Below, piece by piece: positions 51,201-60,557 of a stretch of DNA of 64,000 bases (positions are counted from its first letter, which is position 1; every line of letters starts with the position of its first letter). Made by a program: the position numbers and the translations under genes. The notes below the pieces were generated by a model. That model ran no database searches. It was not told the DNA's origin and worked only from the letters and a program-made list of their open reading frames with translations. The stretch lies in NCBI GenBank assembly GCA_046160845.1, contig JBJXHD010000006.1:15174-79173 (forward strand), given 5' to 3'. Source of the stretch: Hyphomicrobium sp. (GTDB taxonomy: Bacteria; Pseudomonadota; Alphaproteobacteria; Rhizobiales; Hyphomicrobiaceae).

Positions 51201-52091
51201 TTAGCTGACGAGTTCGAGGTTTTCGAGGTCTGTGGTGCGACAAAAGACGAAATCGTAGTCGATGAAAACCGATTGGTTCCTGCCAAAGCTATTGCACGTG
51301 AAGATCAATGCGAATCCCAATTCTTCCATCATCGAACAGGCTTCGCCAAGCCTGCATTGACCTTCGTAAAGCGGAATTCCGGACAACTCCATAACGACGA
51401 GTTTCAGGTTCGGAATAAATTCACCCGTTGATTTCAAAACGCGCTCCTCGAAGCCTTGGACGTCCAATTTCAGCATCACCCGCCGCTTCGGGTCTCGAAG
51501 GACGTCTCCGAACGCTTCGTCGACGCGACGAACGAGGATTCTTTCGGGCGCGCCAAGCACGACGTCGGGCGCAAATTTCTCGAGAGCTTCGGTTTGAGGG
51601 AGGAGTGACGAGGTTCCCCCATGCCCCTTTCCGACAAATATCTCAGAGGGACCGGGTACATCGCCGAGCGCCGCGTTATAGGCTTTCCAACCTTGATAGT
51701 GATGCAAGTAGCTCGCTAGAACGTCATAGTACTTTTTGACGGGCTCGAAGGAATGCACCTCGCCCTTAAAGCCGCCATAGCCGTACAAGGTGGAGGCGAA
51801 TTGCCCCGAGTGAGCCCCCGCATCGATGACAAAGTCGATTCCAAACTGGCGCGCCAAATTTCCAAGGTGGGCATAGAGTTGGTAGGCGATGACGCGTTGA
51901 TTGACGATATCGAGCGCCGCAGCGGGCTGACGCGCCAAGAGGTCCGCCAAGTCGTCGCCGAAAACCTTCGGTGATTTCGCTTTCAAGAATGCGGCGTCGA
52001 TTTTTGTGATGCGAAAGGCGCGCGAAGCCAGCCATCGAAATCTGTCAACGTGCCTGATGGCTGCCATCACGGCCGGGCGACGCTTGATCAC
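51201..52091 (-). CDS. FkbM-family SAM methyltransferase
   Basis: VIDAGAHSGQ, HSFEP, ALGD, LKLDVQGFEE.VL. Confidence 0.88.
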   Translation of the reverse strand: MIKRRPAVMAAIRHVDRFRWLASRAFRITKIDAAFLKAKSPKVFGDDLADLLARQPAAALDIVNQRVIAYQLYAHLGNLARQFGIDFVIDAGAHSGQFASTLYGYGGFKGEVHSFEPVKKYYDVLASYLHHYQGWKAYNAALGDVPGPSEIFVGKGHGGTSSLLPQTEALEKFAPDVVLGAPERILVRRVDEAFGDVLRDPKRRVMLKLDVQGFEERVLKSTGEFIPNLKLVVMELSGIPLYEGQCRLGEACSMMEELGFALIFTCNSFGRNQSVFIDYDFVFCRTTDLENLELVS

Positions 52092-52123
52092 TCTCTCAAC
52101 TCTCCTCGGCGATCGTAACCTGG

Positions 52124-53119
52124 CTATCTGGGCCTGGTAACAGTGCCGGCAATGATCCCAACCCAGCGGACATAGGGCATCCAGCGCTCATACACAAAGT
52201 TTTGCCAGTGCGGATACGCAGTCGGATTATTGTAACGGCGCAGAAACGTCAGGTCGAGCAAAGCGTCCTTGCACGATGCGGCGATTCGCGTCCACTTCGT
52301 CGGCGACTCTTTGGCGCTTGCGAATGTTGTCGACGAAGCCAACTCTGACCATTCGACCGGCGGCGCGAGCGCACGAGTGTCAAGGCCGTAAAGTCGTCCA
52401 CGCGCCATTCCGCGTCGGAAATTCTCGCTGATGATTGTGCGCCATTTGAATTTTTCCGGACGCACGAGGTGGCGGTTCACAAACGACGGCTCATAAATCA
52501 CTTTGTCCGCGCCGAACTTGGACGCAAGAGCTTGCACCAGAATGTTCTCTTCGCCGTAGTTCATGTGGCGCCCGATGGGGCCCTGCGCCGCCGCGAACCC
52601 TCCGACTTGCGCGAAGGCGCGACGACTGACGCCAAGATTTCCGGCGCTCAAGTCTGGCAACGACTGGCGCGTTGCCGTGCCAGGCATGGAGTAGGCTCCG
52701 TAGGCGTCCTTGAACCATTTCGGGCGCACCGGGCGAGGCCAAAAGCGAGGCTCGATCGGTCCGCCGAAACAGACCGGCTCGCCGCGCCCGATGATCGAGT
52801 GGGCAGTGTCGAGGTAGTCTCCTGGGAACACGCACTCATCATCGACGAACAGGAGATAGGGCGTCTGCGCCTCGCCTGCGCCGCGATTGCGGGCGCGGCT
52901 CGCGCCAATCTTCGGTTCAAACATGTAGGAAAAGCGTTCGAGACGCTGGCAGAATCCTGTGGCGAGCGACGCGGTCTCGTCGGTCGACCCGTTGTCAACG
53001 ACCAGCACGCGCCAATCGGGGCGATCGCTGCGCTGCGCTTCGAGGCTCTCGAGGCATTCGCGCAGCATGGCGGCGCGATTGTGCGTCACGACGATGACGG
53101 TGATCACGGCGGGTCTCAA
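52124..53119 (-). CDS. Glycosyltransferase family 2
   Basis: VIVVTHNR, VVDNGSTD, G.SRARNRG, LFVDDE (DxD), YGEE. Start uncertain (TTG 53119 or GTG 53107); the ORF-track extension to 53542 overlaps the upstream gene. Confidence 0.88.
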   Translation of the reverse strand: MRPAVITVIVVTHNRAAMLRECLESLEAQRSDRPDWRVLVVDNGSTDETASLATGFCQRLERFSYMFEPKIGASRARNRGAGEAQTPYLLFVDDECVFPGDYLDTAHSIIGRGEPVCFGGPIEPRFWPRPVRPKWFKDAYGAYSMPGTATRQSLPDLSAGNLGVSRRAFAQVGGFAAAQGPIGRHMNYGEENILVQALASKFGADKVIYEPSFVNRHLVRPEKFKWRTIISENFRRGMARGRLYGLDTRALAPPVEWSELASSTTFASAKESPTKWTRIAASCKDALLDLTFLRRYNNPTAYPHWQNFVYERWMPYVRWVGIIAGTVTRPR

Positions 53120-53205
53120 GGTTGACGTCAAATGTACGGGCGGCGCCGCGCATTGATACCTCGGTTCTCTGGGCGGCGTCAGTAGCCGAGAGAGTGCGGC
53201 AGCCA

Positions 53206-54216
53206 TCACGGTCGGCGCACGCAATGACCCGGCATGACAGCGCGGTGGCGCACGACGGCGCGCCATTTGTCGACGGTATGGAACTGAACGACCGCGGCAA
53301 ATGCCGACACAACCAGCAGAAACGGCAAAGCGACGAAGAACGTGAGTGGCGAACGATTGGGGAGGCCAACCATTGCGCAGGTCGCCATGCCGACGTGATA
53401 ATGGAAAATGTAGATGGGATAGGAAAGCCGGCCCAACCAGTCGTCGATCGCTTCGAACCGACGATCGGCCGCCGAAAGCATCACAACAAGCAGCCCGCAA
53501 ATCAGAACGCTCGCATAGAACGGGGTCGTATCTGGCCGCCAAGTCGTATTCGGCGTGATACTGCAGAGTCCAGCCATGGCGCTGGCCAGAACGGCTACCC
53601 GCAATGAGTCGCCGCCAAAAATCGCCAGAAGCTCGCTTCTAAAATGCCAGATTGCGACGCCGAGCGAGAATGCCAGCGATGCGGACCAAATGGAGTAGTA
53701 GCGATCCCAGCCCAAGGTAAATGCAACGACATGATAGACAACTGAGGCTGCAAGCCATGCAAGTGCGAGACGGCGATCACGCCCGAGACCCAGGCCGATC
53801 AGGATGTAGAAGAAGAATTCGACCGCCACCGCCCAACTCGGCGGCACAAGATGCGAATCGTCATCAGGCCAGAAGTACCAATTCATCACTGCGCGTGCGA
53901 TCGAGCCGATGTCTTCGGGCCAGATGAAATTGCGGTGGAACGAGCGCGCCGCATCAGATCCGAAACAGGCGATGAGCAGCAAGGTCGCGAGGCATCCCAT
54001 CCAGTAAAGCGGATAGATTCGTAGAAATCGATTGAGCAGAAAGTGCGCAAAGCCACGCGGGTGAAAACCATACGTTTCATGGACTATCCGAGCCATGATA
54101 AAGCCGGACAGCACGTAGAACCCGTAGACGGCATAAGCGGCCGAGAAGCCGATTGCACCCGATAGATGCGAGAATGCGACGACCATTGCGAGGCTGGTGC
54201 GGAACGCGCCGAACAT
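53206..54216 (-). CDS. Acyltransferase-3 family membrane O-acyltransferase
   Basis: GFYVLSGFIM, NRFLRIYPLY, SWAVAVEFFFY, LGRLSYPIYIFH; about 10 TM. Confidence 0.88.
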   Translation of the reverse strand: MFGAFRTSLAMVVAFSHLSGAIGFSAAYAVYGFYVLSGFIMARIVHETYGFHPRGFAHFLLNRFLRIYPLYWMGCLATLLLIACFGSDAARSFHRNFIWPEDIGSIARAVMNWYFWPDDDSHLVPPSWAVAVEFFFYILIGLGLGRDRRLALAWLAASVVYHVVAFTLGWDRYYSIWSASLAFSLGVAIWHFRSELLAIFGGDSLRVAVLASAMAGLCSITPNTTWRPDTTPFYASVLICGLLVVMLSAADRRFEAIDDWLGRLSYPIYIFHYHVGMATCAMVGLPNRSPLTFFVALPFLLVVSAFAAVVQFHTVDKWRAVVRHRAVMPGHCVRRP

Positions 54217-54218
54217 CG

Positions 54219-54980
54219 TCAGATCGCAAGCTCGAACGGCGCCGCCGCAAGCAGCGCTGCGGGATTGAACTGGGGCGTCACCTTGAGCTGTTTCGCTGCG
54301 CGCTTAAGCATTTCCGAAATGGAGGGAAAATCCGAGCACGTCGCCGCCCCCTCGACAGAACATTGAACCGACTCGAAATGATCGTGGTACTTCATGCCGT
54401 CGCCGCCGATCTTGTCGCTGAACGAGACCCAGGCGGCCGGCACGCCGTAGGCGTGCGCCACGATAATTCCGTGGAGCGAACTCGAAAGCACCTTGTCGCA
54501 GCTGACGATAGCGTCGGTCACGCGCTCTGGGGCGTCAAGAACGTCGATCAATCGGATTTCCCGACCCTCACCCGAATAGCGTTCGAACACGGCGCGCTGA
54601 TCTACGTAGTGTGGGATGAGTCCGACGGAGTGCGTTTTCCTCTGAATTGGTCGATAGACCCGTGGCATCAACAGCGCTGGATCGCCGAATGTCTTCGGCG
54701 CTGTGCAGCCGCACTCGATGGCGCGCTTCCAAGATCGGGGACCGCGCACGGCCCGAATTTCAGTTGCGGGGTTGACGCAGTCGCTATGACTGGCGAGACC
54801 CGGGCCCCATGCGATGGCGTACTCGTTGCACCACCCGAGTATTGATCCAATGGCGACGACTTTCTTGACCGGCTCGTCGATGTTTGTGAACACCACCCCG
54901 CTCTTTGAGAGGCGTGCGAGAAGATAGTGATTGAGGTGGTCGCCAAAGTTGTGGTTCGGCATCCAAAAGGCGTTCACCAT
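54219..54980 (-). CDS. Polysaccharide pyruvyltransferase (ExoV-like)
   Basis: NFGDHLN, IGSI, VRGPRS, GDPALL, IPHYVD, SSSLHGIIVAHAYGVP. Confidence 0.88.
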   Translation of the reverse strand: MVNAFWMPNHNFGDHLNHYLLARLSKSGVVFTNIDEPVKKVVAIGSILGWCNEYAIAWGPGLASHSDCVNPATEIRAVRGPRSWKRAIECGCTAPKTFGDPALLMPRVYRPIQRKTHSVGLIPHYVDQRAVFERYSGEGREIRLIDVLDAPERVTDAIVSCDKVLSSSLHGIIVAHAYGVPAAWVSFSDKIGGDGMKYHDHFESVQCSVEGAATCSDFPSISEMLKRAAKQLKVTPQFNPAALLAAAPFELAI

Positions 54981-54986
54981 TCCTCG

Positions 54987-55910
54987 CTAGCGCTCCCCGC
55001 GCGTCATGTCGTCGAACGCGGCCGCCACACTCGGAGGGATATCGCGACTCCGAAGCCAAAAATCGACAAGTGAAAGCCGTAGCCTTGGGTAGCGCGAGAA
55101 CGAGCGCAGCACCTCCAAAACCGCCAACGCATAACGTTGCTCGGTCCAAGCAGCAGCTCCTAACTCCAAGCTCAAGTAGGCAAGCAATCGACTCAATTCC
55201 GACGGAGCTAGCCTGGATTCACGGCTTGGCGCAAATTTCTCTGCGACGAGATCGGAGCACCCGCTCACAACTGCAAAGCTTGCGGAATGCGAAGGCGCGA
55301 TCACGACCATCGGACTTGGATCAACGTGAAGCTCACCGCCCCTTTGAGCAAATCGGATGAACCAATCAAGGTCCTCCAGCCGCCGAAGCCGTGGATCAAA
55401 AGGGCCAACGGCGTCGTATGTGGACCGTCGCATAAGCAGCGTCGAACCAGGAGCGAACCAGCACCCGCTTGCAAACTCGCTCAGCGAGTTCGAAGCCTTG
55501 GGTCGCCGCGCCTCCAATCGTCCGGACGCTCGATGCGGGTAGTAGAATGAGCAGACGAGAGCCAACAATCCCGCGCCGTCAGTAGCGGCATCAATGACCT
55601 CGAAGCGCCGGAGCTGCGCCGCGAGCTTTCCTGGCAGCCACAGGTCATCCGAGTCGAGGAAAGCCAGCAGCTCGCCGGAACTCGCCAAGATGCCGGCGTG
55701 TCTCGCTGCGGCCGGCCCGCTATTCGACGCCAGGCGGACAACTTTCACGCGGCCGCTCTCGTCTCGGACTTCGATTGGCGGCGTCGACCCATCGTCGACC
55801 AGAATGACCTCGACGGCGTGTTCGCCGCAGGGCGCTTGATCGAGCACGGACTTGAGAGCCCGTTCGGCGCGCGCCTGGCGATCGTAGACGGGGATGATGA
55901 CGCTGATCAT
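54987..55910 (-). CDS. Glycosyltransferase family 2
   Basis: ISVIIPVY, LVDDGS, GPAAAR..G, FLDSDD, EDLDW. Confidence 0.88.
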   Translation of the reverse strand: MISVIIPVYDRQARAERALKSVLDQAPCGEHAVEVILVDDGSTPPIEVRDESGRVKVVRLASNSGPAAARHAGILASSGELLAFLDSDDLWLPGKLAAQLRRFEVIDAATDGAGLLALVCSFYYPHRASGRLEARRPKASNSLSEFASGCWFAPGSTLLMRRSTYDAVGPFDPRLRRLEDLDWFIRFAQRGGELHVDPSPMVVIAPSHSASFAVVSGCSDLVAEKFAPSRESRLAPSELSRLLAYLSLELGAAAWTEQRYALAVLEVLRSFSRYPRLRLSLVDFWLRSRDIPPSVAAAFDDMTRGER

Positions 55911-55941
55911 GGAGTCCGACCCGGCCTCTGTCCCCGCCAGT

Positions 55942-56682
55942 TCACAGCGTCTTGTGGAACGCATTCGTGACGTCCAGGACGTCGCCGTACATCCGCACTT
56001 CGCCTTTCTCCAACCAGAGCGCCGTCGTACAGAATTTTCGGATGATCTCGGTGGCGTGACTTGCAAACACGAGGATCTTCGATTGCTCAACCAATTGCTC
56101 GATCCGCGAATTGACTTTCTTCATGAACATCGCGTCACCGGCGCCCAACATCTCATCCATCACGAGCACGTCGCCCTCGAATTGCAGTGCGATCGACACG
56201 ATCAAGCGGGCCAGCATCCCCGCCGAGTAGGTCGAGACGGGCATGTCGATGAACTCTCCGAGATCGGAGAACTCGACGATTTTCGGCAGCGCTTCTTCGA
56301 TCGCGCGCACGTCTTGCGTATAATAGAAGGCGACGTTCTTGATGTTCACATAGCCAGACCGGCTCGGATCGAGACCCGCCGAGAGATTGAAAAACGTGCG
56401 GATCTCGCCGTCCACGCGCAGAGAACCCGAAGTAATCGGATAAAGACCGGCAAGCGTCTTCAGAAGCGTCGTCTTGCCAGCGCCATTGTGCCCAATGAGC
56501 CCAAGTCGTCCGCCAGGCGGAACGGTGAGCGAGACATCGTGCAAGGCGCGAACTTTCATTCGCGTGCTAGATTGGTTCGTGATGACGCCGCCGATGCGGC
56601 GCGCTACGGCGCCCTTGATCGACTTGCGTCCATCTAGGATTTGCACCGGTATCTCAACCGTGACTTTGTCGAGGACGATCAA
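55942..56682 (-). CDS. wzt: Polysaccharide ABC exporter ATP-binding subunit (no C-terminal carbohydrate-binding domain)
   Basis: GHNGAGKTT, YSAGMLARL, VMDE, GDAMF, FASH, LWLEKG; 246 aa. Confidence 0.88.
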   Translation of the reverse strand: MIVLDKVTVEIPVQILDGRKSIKGAVARRIGGVITNQSSTRMKVRALHDVSLTVPPGGRLGLIGHNGAGKTTLLKTLAGLYPITSGSLRVDGEIRTFFNLSAGLDPSRSGYVNIKNVAFYYTQDVRAIEEALPKIVEFSDLGEFIDMPVSTYSAGMLARLIVSIALQFEGDVLVMDEMLGAGDAMFMKKVNSRIEQLVEQSKILVFASHATEIIRKFCTTALWLEKGEVRMYGDVLDVTNAFHKTL

Positions 56683-56732
56683 TCGGCGACTCCCAGCGGC
56701 GCAACGTCAACACCATCCTGCGCGAGCGAAAA

Positions 56733-57548
56733 CTAGACCCAAAACACCAGATACGATCCGTACTTCTTGTTGAAGTAGCTCGAGAGCATCCAGGCTACGG
56801 CGATCATGAAGAGCGCCGCGGCGTAGATTTCGGGCCCCGGAAGTTGCCCGAGAAATGGCCGTCGCACGAGCTCAAGCAGGTAGTAGAACGGGTTTACATG
56901 AATGAGCCACTGACCGCGCGGCGGTAGCCTGCTTGGCTCGTAGAGGATCGGCGACAATAGAAAGAGCAGATAGATCGCCGCCGCCATCGCAGGCGCCAAG
57001 TCGCGAAAACGCGCGCCAAGGATGCCGAGCAAGTTCGACAGCGGGTAGAGCAACGTGAACAGCAACGCCAAATTGACCAAACCCACAACAAGGGTATGAA
57101 AAAAAGTTACGCCGCAATAGACAGCAATGGCGAAGTAGACGGGCAAGCCGAACAAAAAAATCACGAAGTGACGTAGCGTCATGCGCAAGGCGAACGTCGA
57201 ATACGGCAAGGGAAAAGCGTTGAGGATCGAACCGGCGACATGATAGGTGCGCGGCGCCTCGCCAATGGCGCCGCTGACCAGGTTCCACGTCAGAATGCTG
57301 ATTGCGAGATACGGAAAGAACTCCTTCAGGCTGACGTTGAAGACCATGGAATATACGAATGCGATTCCCGAAATCGTAATCGTCTGCGCGATCATGAGCC
57401 AGAAAATTCCGAGCCCGGTGCGCTCGTACTGGCGTGCGATATCCTGACGTAGAAAATGCAGACTGAAGTCGACCCAACGCTTGTCCAGCAACAGCGAGTT
57501 GCGCATAACGCGAATGTCGGGACGGGATGACAGGTCGCGGACGGTCAC
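56733..57548 (-). CDS. wzm: Polysaccharide ABC exporter permease
   Basis: DI..QY.RT.LG.FW, LSPILY, NPFYYLLELVR.P; six TM; upstream of wzt. Confidence 0.88.
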   Translation of the reverse strand: MTVRDLSSRPDIRVMRNSLLLDKRWVDFSLHFLRQDIARQYERTGLGIFWLMIAQTITISGIAFVYSMVFNVSLKEFFPYLAISILTWNLVSGAIGEAPRTYHVAGSILNAFPLPYSTFALRMTLRHFVIFLFGLPVYFAIAVYCGVTFFHTLVVGLVNLALLFTLLYPLSNLLGILGARFRDLAPAMAAAIYLLFLLSPILYEPSRLPPRGQWLIHVNPFYYLLELVRRPFLGQLPGPEIYAAALFMIAVAWMLSSYFNKKYGSYLVFWV

Positions 57549-60151
57549 AGCGCAACGCGTCGCTGGATGACAAAGCGCATAGCGGGGCCGGCCGCCGTTT
57601 TCGCTTCTTTGGCCAAAAGTTCAGACAGTTGAGAGAACATGTTGTACTTCCTCAAAACGAGCATGCGAGCTTCAGCCAAGTCGTCCTGTCGTTCGCGCCA
57701 TAGCTCGGAACTCGAAATATCATCAATGCGGTCGAAGATCATCGGGTCGTCGGGATCGATTCGAATGAACGATCTTTCAGGGAAGTATTTTCCGATGTCG
57801 GGGGAGCCGAAGTAGAACGGCATCGTTTGGCAAACGAAGCAATCCATAAGTTTCTCGGTGAAATACAGCGGCGCGACAGTGTTCTCGAACGCGATGCTAT
57901 AACGATAAGGCGCGATGCCGTCCCATTTGTCGTCGATTTCCGTGAAACCGCGGCCAAACAAGTCGAAATCCACCTTGCGTTGAAGGCGCTTGAGAAACGC
58001 CATGCGCGCCTGATGGCCGGCGAGAATATTGGTGTTGCTTGTGACCCAGGACAGTCGCCTCGGTTTGTCGATGCTAGCCAACGCCAACAATTCTGACGCC
58101 GTCTTCTTGACGTGCCACGTCCGCGTCATGACAGGGGTGAGGATATAGCGGCGATTCTGCTCGTGGCGCGTCGTGACCCCCGCGTCGCAAGTGACGACAA
58201 CAGTCCCGCTGCCCTGCCCTTCATGCAGCACGCGGTGAAAAGTTGTCGGCGGCTCGCCGATGGCGAACCACACGCGATTTGCAGGCAGGTCGATCTCTAC
58301 ACTATCCTCCATCGGCGTATTCAGAATGAGACAGAAGTCCGGTTTTTGGACGAGGTCTGCCGGAGCAAATGCAACATCGTTCCAAATACCATCATTCGAC
58401 TCCGACATATCATGCATCGCATCGTCGAAGTCTCCCCAGCTTTCATGGACGGCGACCTTGATCGTCGCCTTGTCAAGGCTCTCCGCGTAGTTCACGCGAT
58501 ACTGCCGCGCCGTCGGTGCGGAAGCGCCAGAAGTGGCGAGATTCGGCGGGCGCGACGTCGCCGACAACCGATCGAGGGCTCGGTCACGGGTGACCCTGAA
58601 GGCAGCCAGCGACGCAATAGCGCCGATGACGCCCTGGCCCCGCAATTGCCGGACGATCAGACGCTCGAACACGAACGCGGAGACGGCGCGAGTCCCTTCA
58701 TTGCGCCACTTGCCGCGCAACACGGCCAGCTTGACCCTGAACCCCGAAGTGTCGACGCCGATGACCTTTGCCGGAATCGGCACGGCCTCATTGGCGTCGT
58801 CAACGAGTTGTAAGGCCGCGGTGCGTTCAATGACCAAACCCGGCAGCGCACCGTCGATCAACAATGCTCCCGTAACAGCAATCGGCTCGCCGTTGCGCAT
58901 GATATCAGGCCGCGCACGACCGCTGAAGATGGCGCGCGATGGTCGGTTTTCGAGTGCCGTCCTCAGGAAACCATGCAGTTCCCAAGGCCGAAATGCGCGC
59001 CGCTGAGGGGCTACGAGAAAATAATCGCCTGCAGAGTTTAAAAATAGCATCCGCCAGGGAGACGACTCCGACGTAGCATAGTTCACGACCCTGATTGGAA
59101 CATCGAGGTCGGCGATCTGCGATCGAAACCGATCCGCCTCATCGACTTTGACGGCGATCAAAACTTCGAAAGACTTTAGAGTTTGCGCCGCATAGGATTC
59201 GGCGAGTGTGCGAAACGAACTAAAAGGTGGAGCAACATGGCCGATGGTCAAGGCTGGCTTTTCGCCCTCTAGCTTGTGTCCAAGGGCCGTCATGATTTCT
59301 GCTGTGGTGAGTTCGCTATTCGCAATGAGGCTACGAGGAGACAAATGGTCCCGCAGTTCGCTAACGCCGATCGCGTTCAGCGGGTCAGGCTTGCCCTGCC
59401 GCCGTAGCCGCGCGGCTGACCTGGCGAGAACGCCTAGCCTCGTCGTCGCGGCGGTATTGTCGCGACTGTGGGTCAAAGAAGAAGCGTGCCGTCGGTAGGT
59501 GTAGAGCGCGTCGGCGATATTGGTGATATCATGCCGATCGGCCATTTTCAGGATCCAATCACCATCTTCACCGCCCCCACTGAAAATTTCGCGAAAAGGG
59601 CCGGCGTCTTCGACCGCCGCCCGCCGCGCGACCAGCGTCGCGCAACAGAGCTGCGGATCAATGCGCTGCAGTGCCGGATCGGCAGAAAAGTATTCGGTGC
59701 GTAGACGCACTAGGTTTTCGTCGGCGTAGATGATACCGGCGCCGACCGCACCGAACTGGGTGTTGGTGGTCAAGAATGCGATCTGCTTCTCGATTCTGTG
59801 CGGTGCGCTGACATCGTCGCTGTCGTTCCAACCTATGAAGGCGCCGCGCGCTGCGGAAACCAGAGCGTTCCGGGTCGCGACGACGCCCCGGTTGTCTGGG
59901 TGCGGAGGAAGAATGCGGACCCTTGCATCCCGGTCGGCGTACGCATGAGCAATGGCAAGCGACCGATCTGTGGATCCGTCGTCGAGCAGAACCACTTCAA
60001 TGTGACGATAGGTCTGCCCCAGAAGGCTGTCGAGCATCGCAGGCAAGAACCGCTCGGCATTGTAGATGGGCGTGAGCACCGAGACCAATTCCGGCGACGC
60101 CTCTCCTGAAATTTCGAGAACTGTTCGATCCATAAGCAGTGTGCATTCCAT
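57545..60151 (-). CDS. Multidomain glycosyltransferase: N-terminal GT2, central region, C-terminal GT10-like domain
   Basis: VSVLTPIYN, LDDGSTD, WNDSDD, EDGDW; C-terminal DLFGRG, YRYSIAFEN...YFTEKL.DCF, P.YFG (GT10 motif). Confidence 0.82.
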   Translation of the reverse strand: MECTLLMDRTVLEISGEASPELVSVLTPIYNAERFLPAMLDSLLGQTYRHIEVVLLDDGSTDRSLAIAHAYADRDARVRILPPHPDNRGVVATRNALVSAARGAFIGWNDSDDVSAPHRIEKQIAFLTTNTQFGAVGAGIIYADENLVRLRTEYFSADPALQRIDPQLCCATLVARRAAVEDAGPFREIFSGGGEDGDWILKMADRHDITNIADALYTYRRHASSLTHSRDNTAATTRLGVLARSAARLRRQGKPDPLNAIGVSELRDHLSPRSLIANSELTTAEIMTALGHKLEGEKPALTIGHVAPPFSSFRTLAESYAAQTLKSFEVLIAVKVDEADRFRSQIADLDVPIRVVNYATSESSPWRMLFLNSAGDYFLVAPQRRAFRPWELHGFLRTALENRPSRAIFSGRARPDIMRNGEPIAVTGALLIDGALPGLVIERTAALQLVDDANEAVPIPAKVIGVDTSGFRVKLAVLRGKWRNEGTRAVSAFVFERLIVRQLRGQGVIGAIASLAAFRVTRDRALDRLSATSRPPNLATSGASAPTARQYRVNYAESLDKATIKVAVHESWGDFDDAMHDMSESNDGIWNDVAFAPADLVQKPDFCLILNTPMEDSVEIDLPANRVWFAIGEPPTTFHRVLHEGQGSGTVVVTCDAGVTTRHEQNRRYILTPVMTRTWHVKKTASELLALASIDKPRRLSWVTSNTNILAGHQARMAFLKRLQRKVDFDLFGRGFTEIDDKWDGIAPYRYSIAFENTVAPLYFTEKLMDCFVCQTMPFYFGSPDIGKYFPERSFIRIDPDDPMIFDRIDDISSSELWRERQDDLAEARMLVLRKYNMFSQLSELLAKEAKTAAGPAMRFVIQRRVAL

Positions 60152-60253
60152 TGCCTGTGTTGGGCGTCAACCCCGGCATGATCGTCGACGCCATTTAGCC
60201 GATGGCGTCCATCAACTTTGGACGCAGGCTGGTCGGCCATGCCGTGCAGCGCG

Positions 60254-60317
60254 TTACGCCGATCTTTACGCCGCCCTTATGCCGACGCCGCACGTTCCCC
60301 ATCGAGAATTTATGCCG
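60254..60317 (+). promoter_or_regulatory. Phased TTAYGCCG repeats, candidate KdpE operator
   Basis: TTACGCCG 60254, TTACGCCG 60266, TTATGCCG 60277, TTATGCCG 60310 (spacings 12, 11, 33), upstream of kdp. Confidence 0.55.
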
Positions 60318-60358
60318 TACAGCCCAGGTTCAGGTGGTCAATTTCAGGAGCCCCGCCC

Positions 60359-60442
60359 ATGCTTGACGTCATCTATCTCGCGCTCGGTCTCGGAGGGTTC
60401 GGCCTGATGGCCGGATATGCCCTGATCTGCGCACGCCTGTGA
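60359..60442 (+). CDS. 27-aa membrane peptide upstream of kdpF
   Basis: MLDVIYLALGLGGFGLMAGYALICARL*; CAGGAG RBS. Confidence 0.65.
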   Translation: MLDVIYLALGLGGFGLMAGYALICARL

Positions 60443-60449
60443 GGACGCC

Positions 60450-60536
60450 ATGAGCGATCCGATCATCGGGCTCGTCGTCGCCCTCGCCCTTGGCGTCTAC
60501 CTCGTTTACGCGCTGGTGCGCCCCGAAAAATTCTGA
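60450..60536 (+). CDS. kdpF: K+-transporting ATPase subunit F
   Basis: MSDPIIGLVVALALGVYLVYALVRPEKF*; YL.YAL.RPE.F motif; GAGG RBS. Confidence 0.9.
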   Translation: MSDPIIGLVVALALGVYLVYALVRPEKF

Positions 60537-60557
60537 AGGCTCGGGAGGGCCTTTCCC

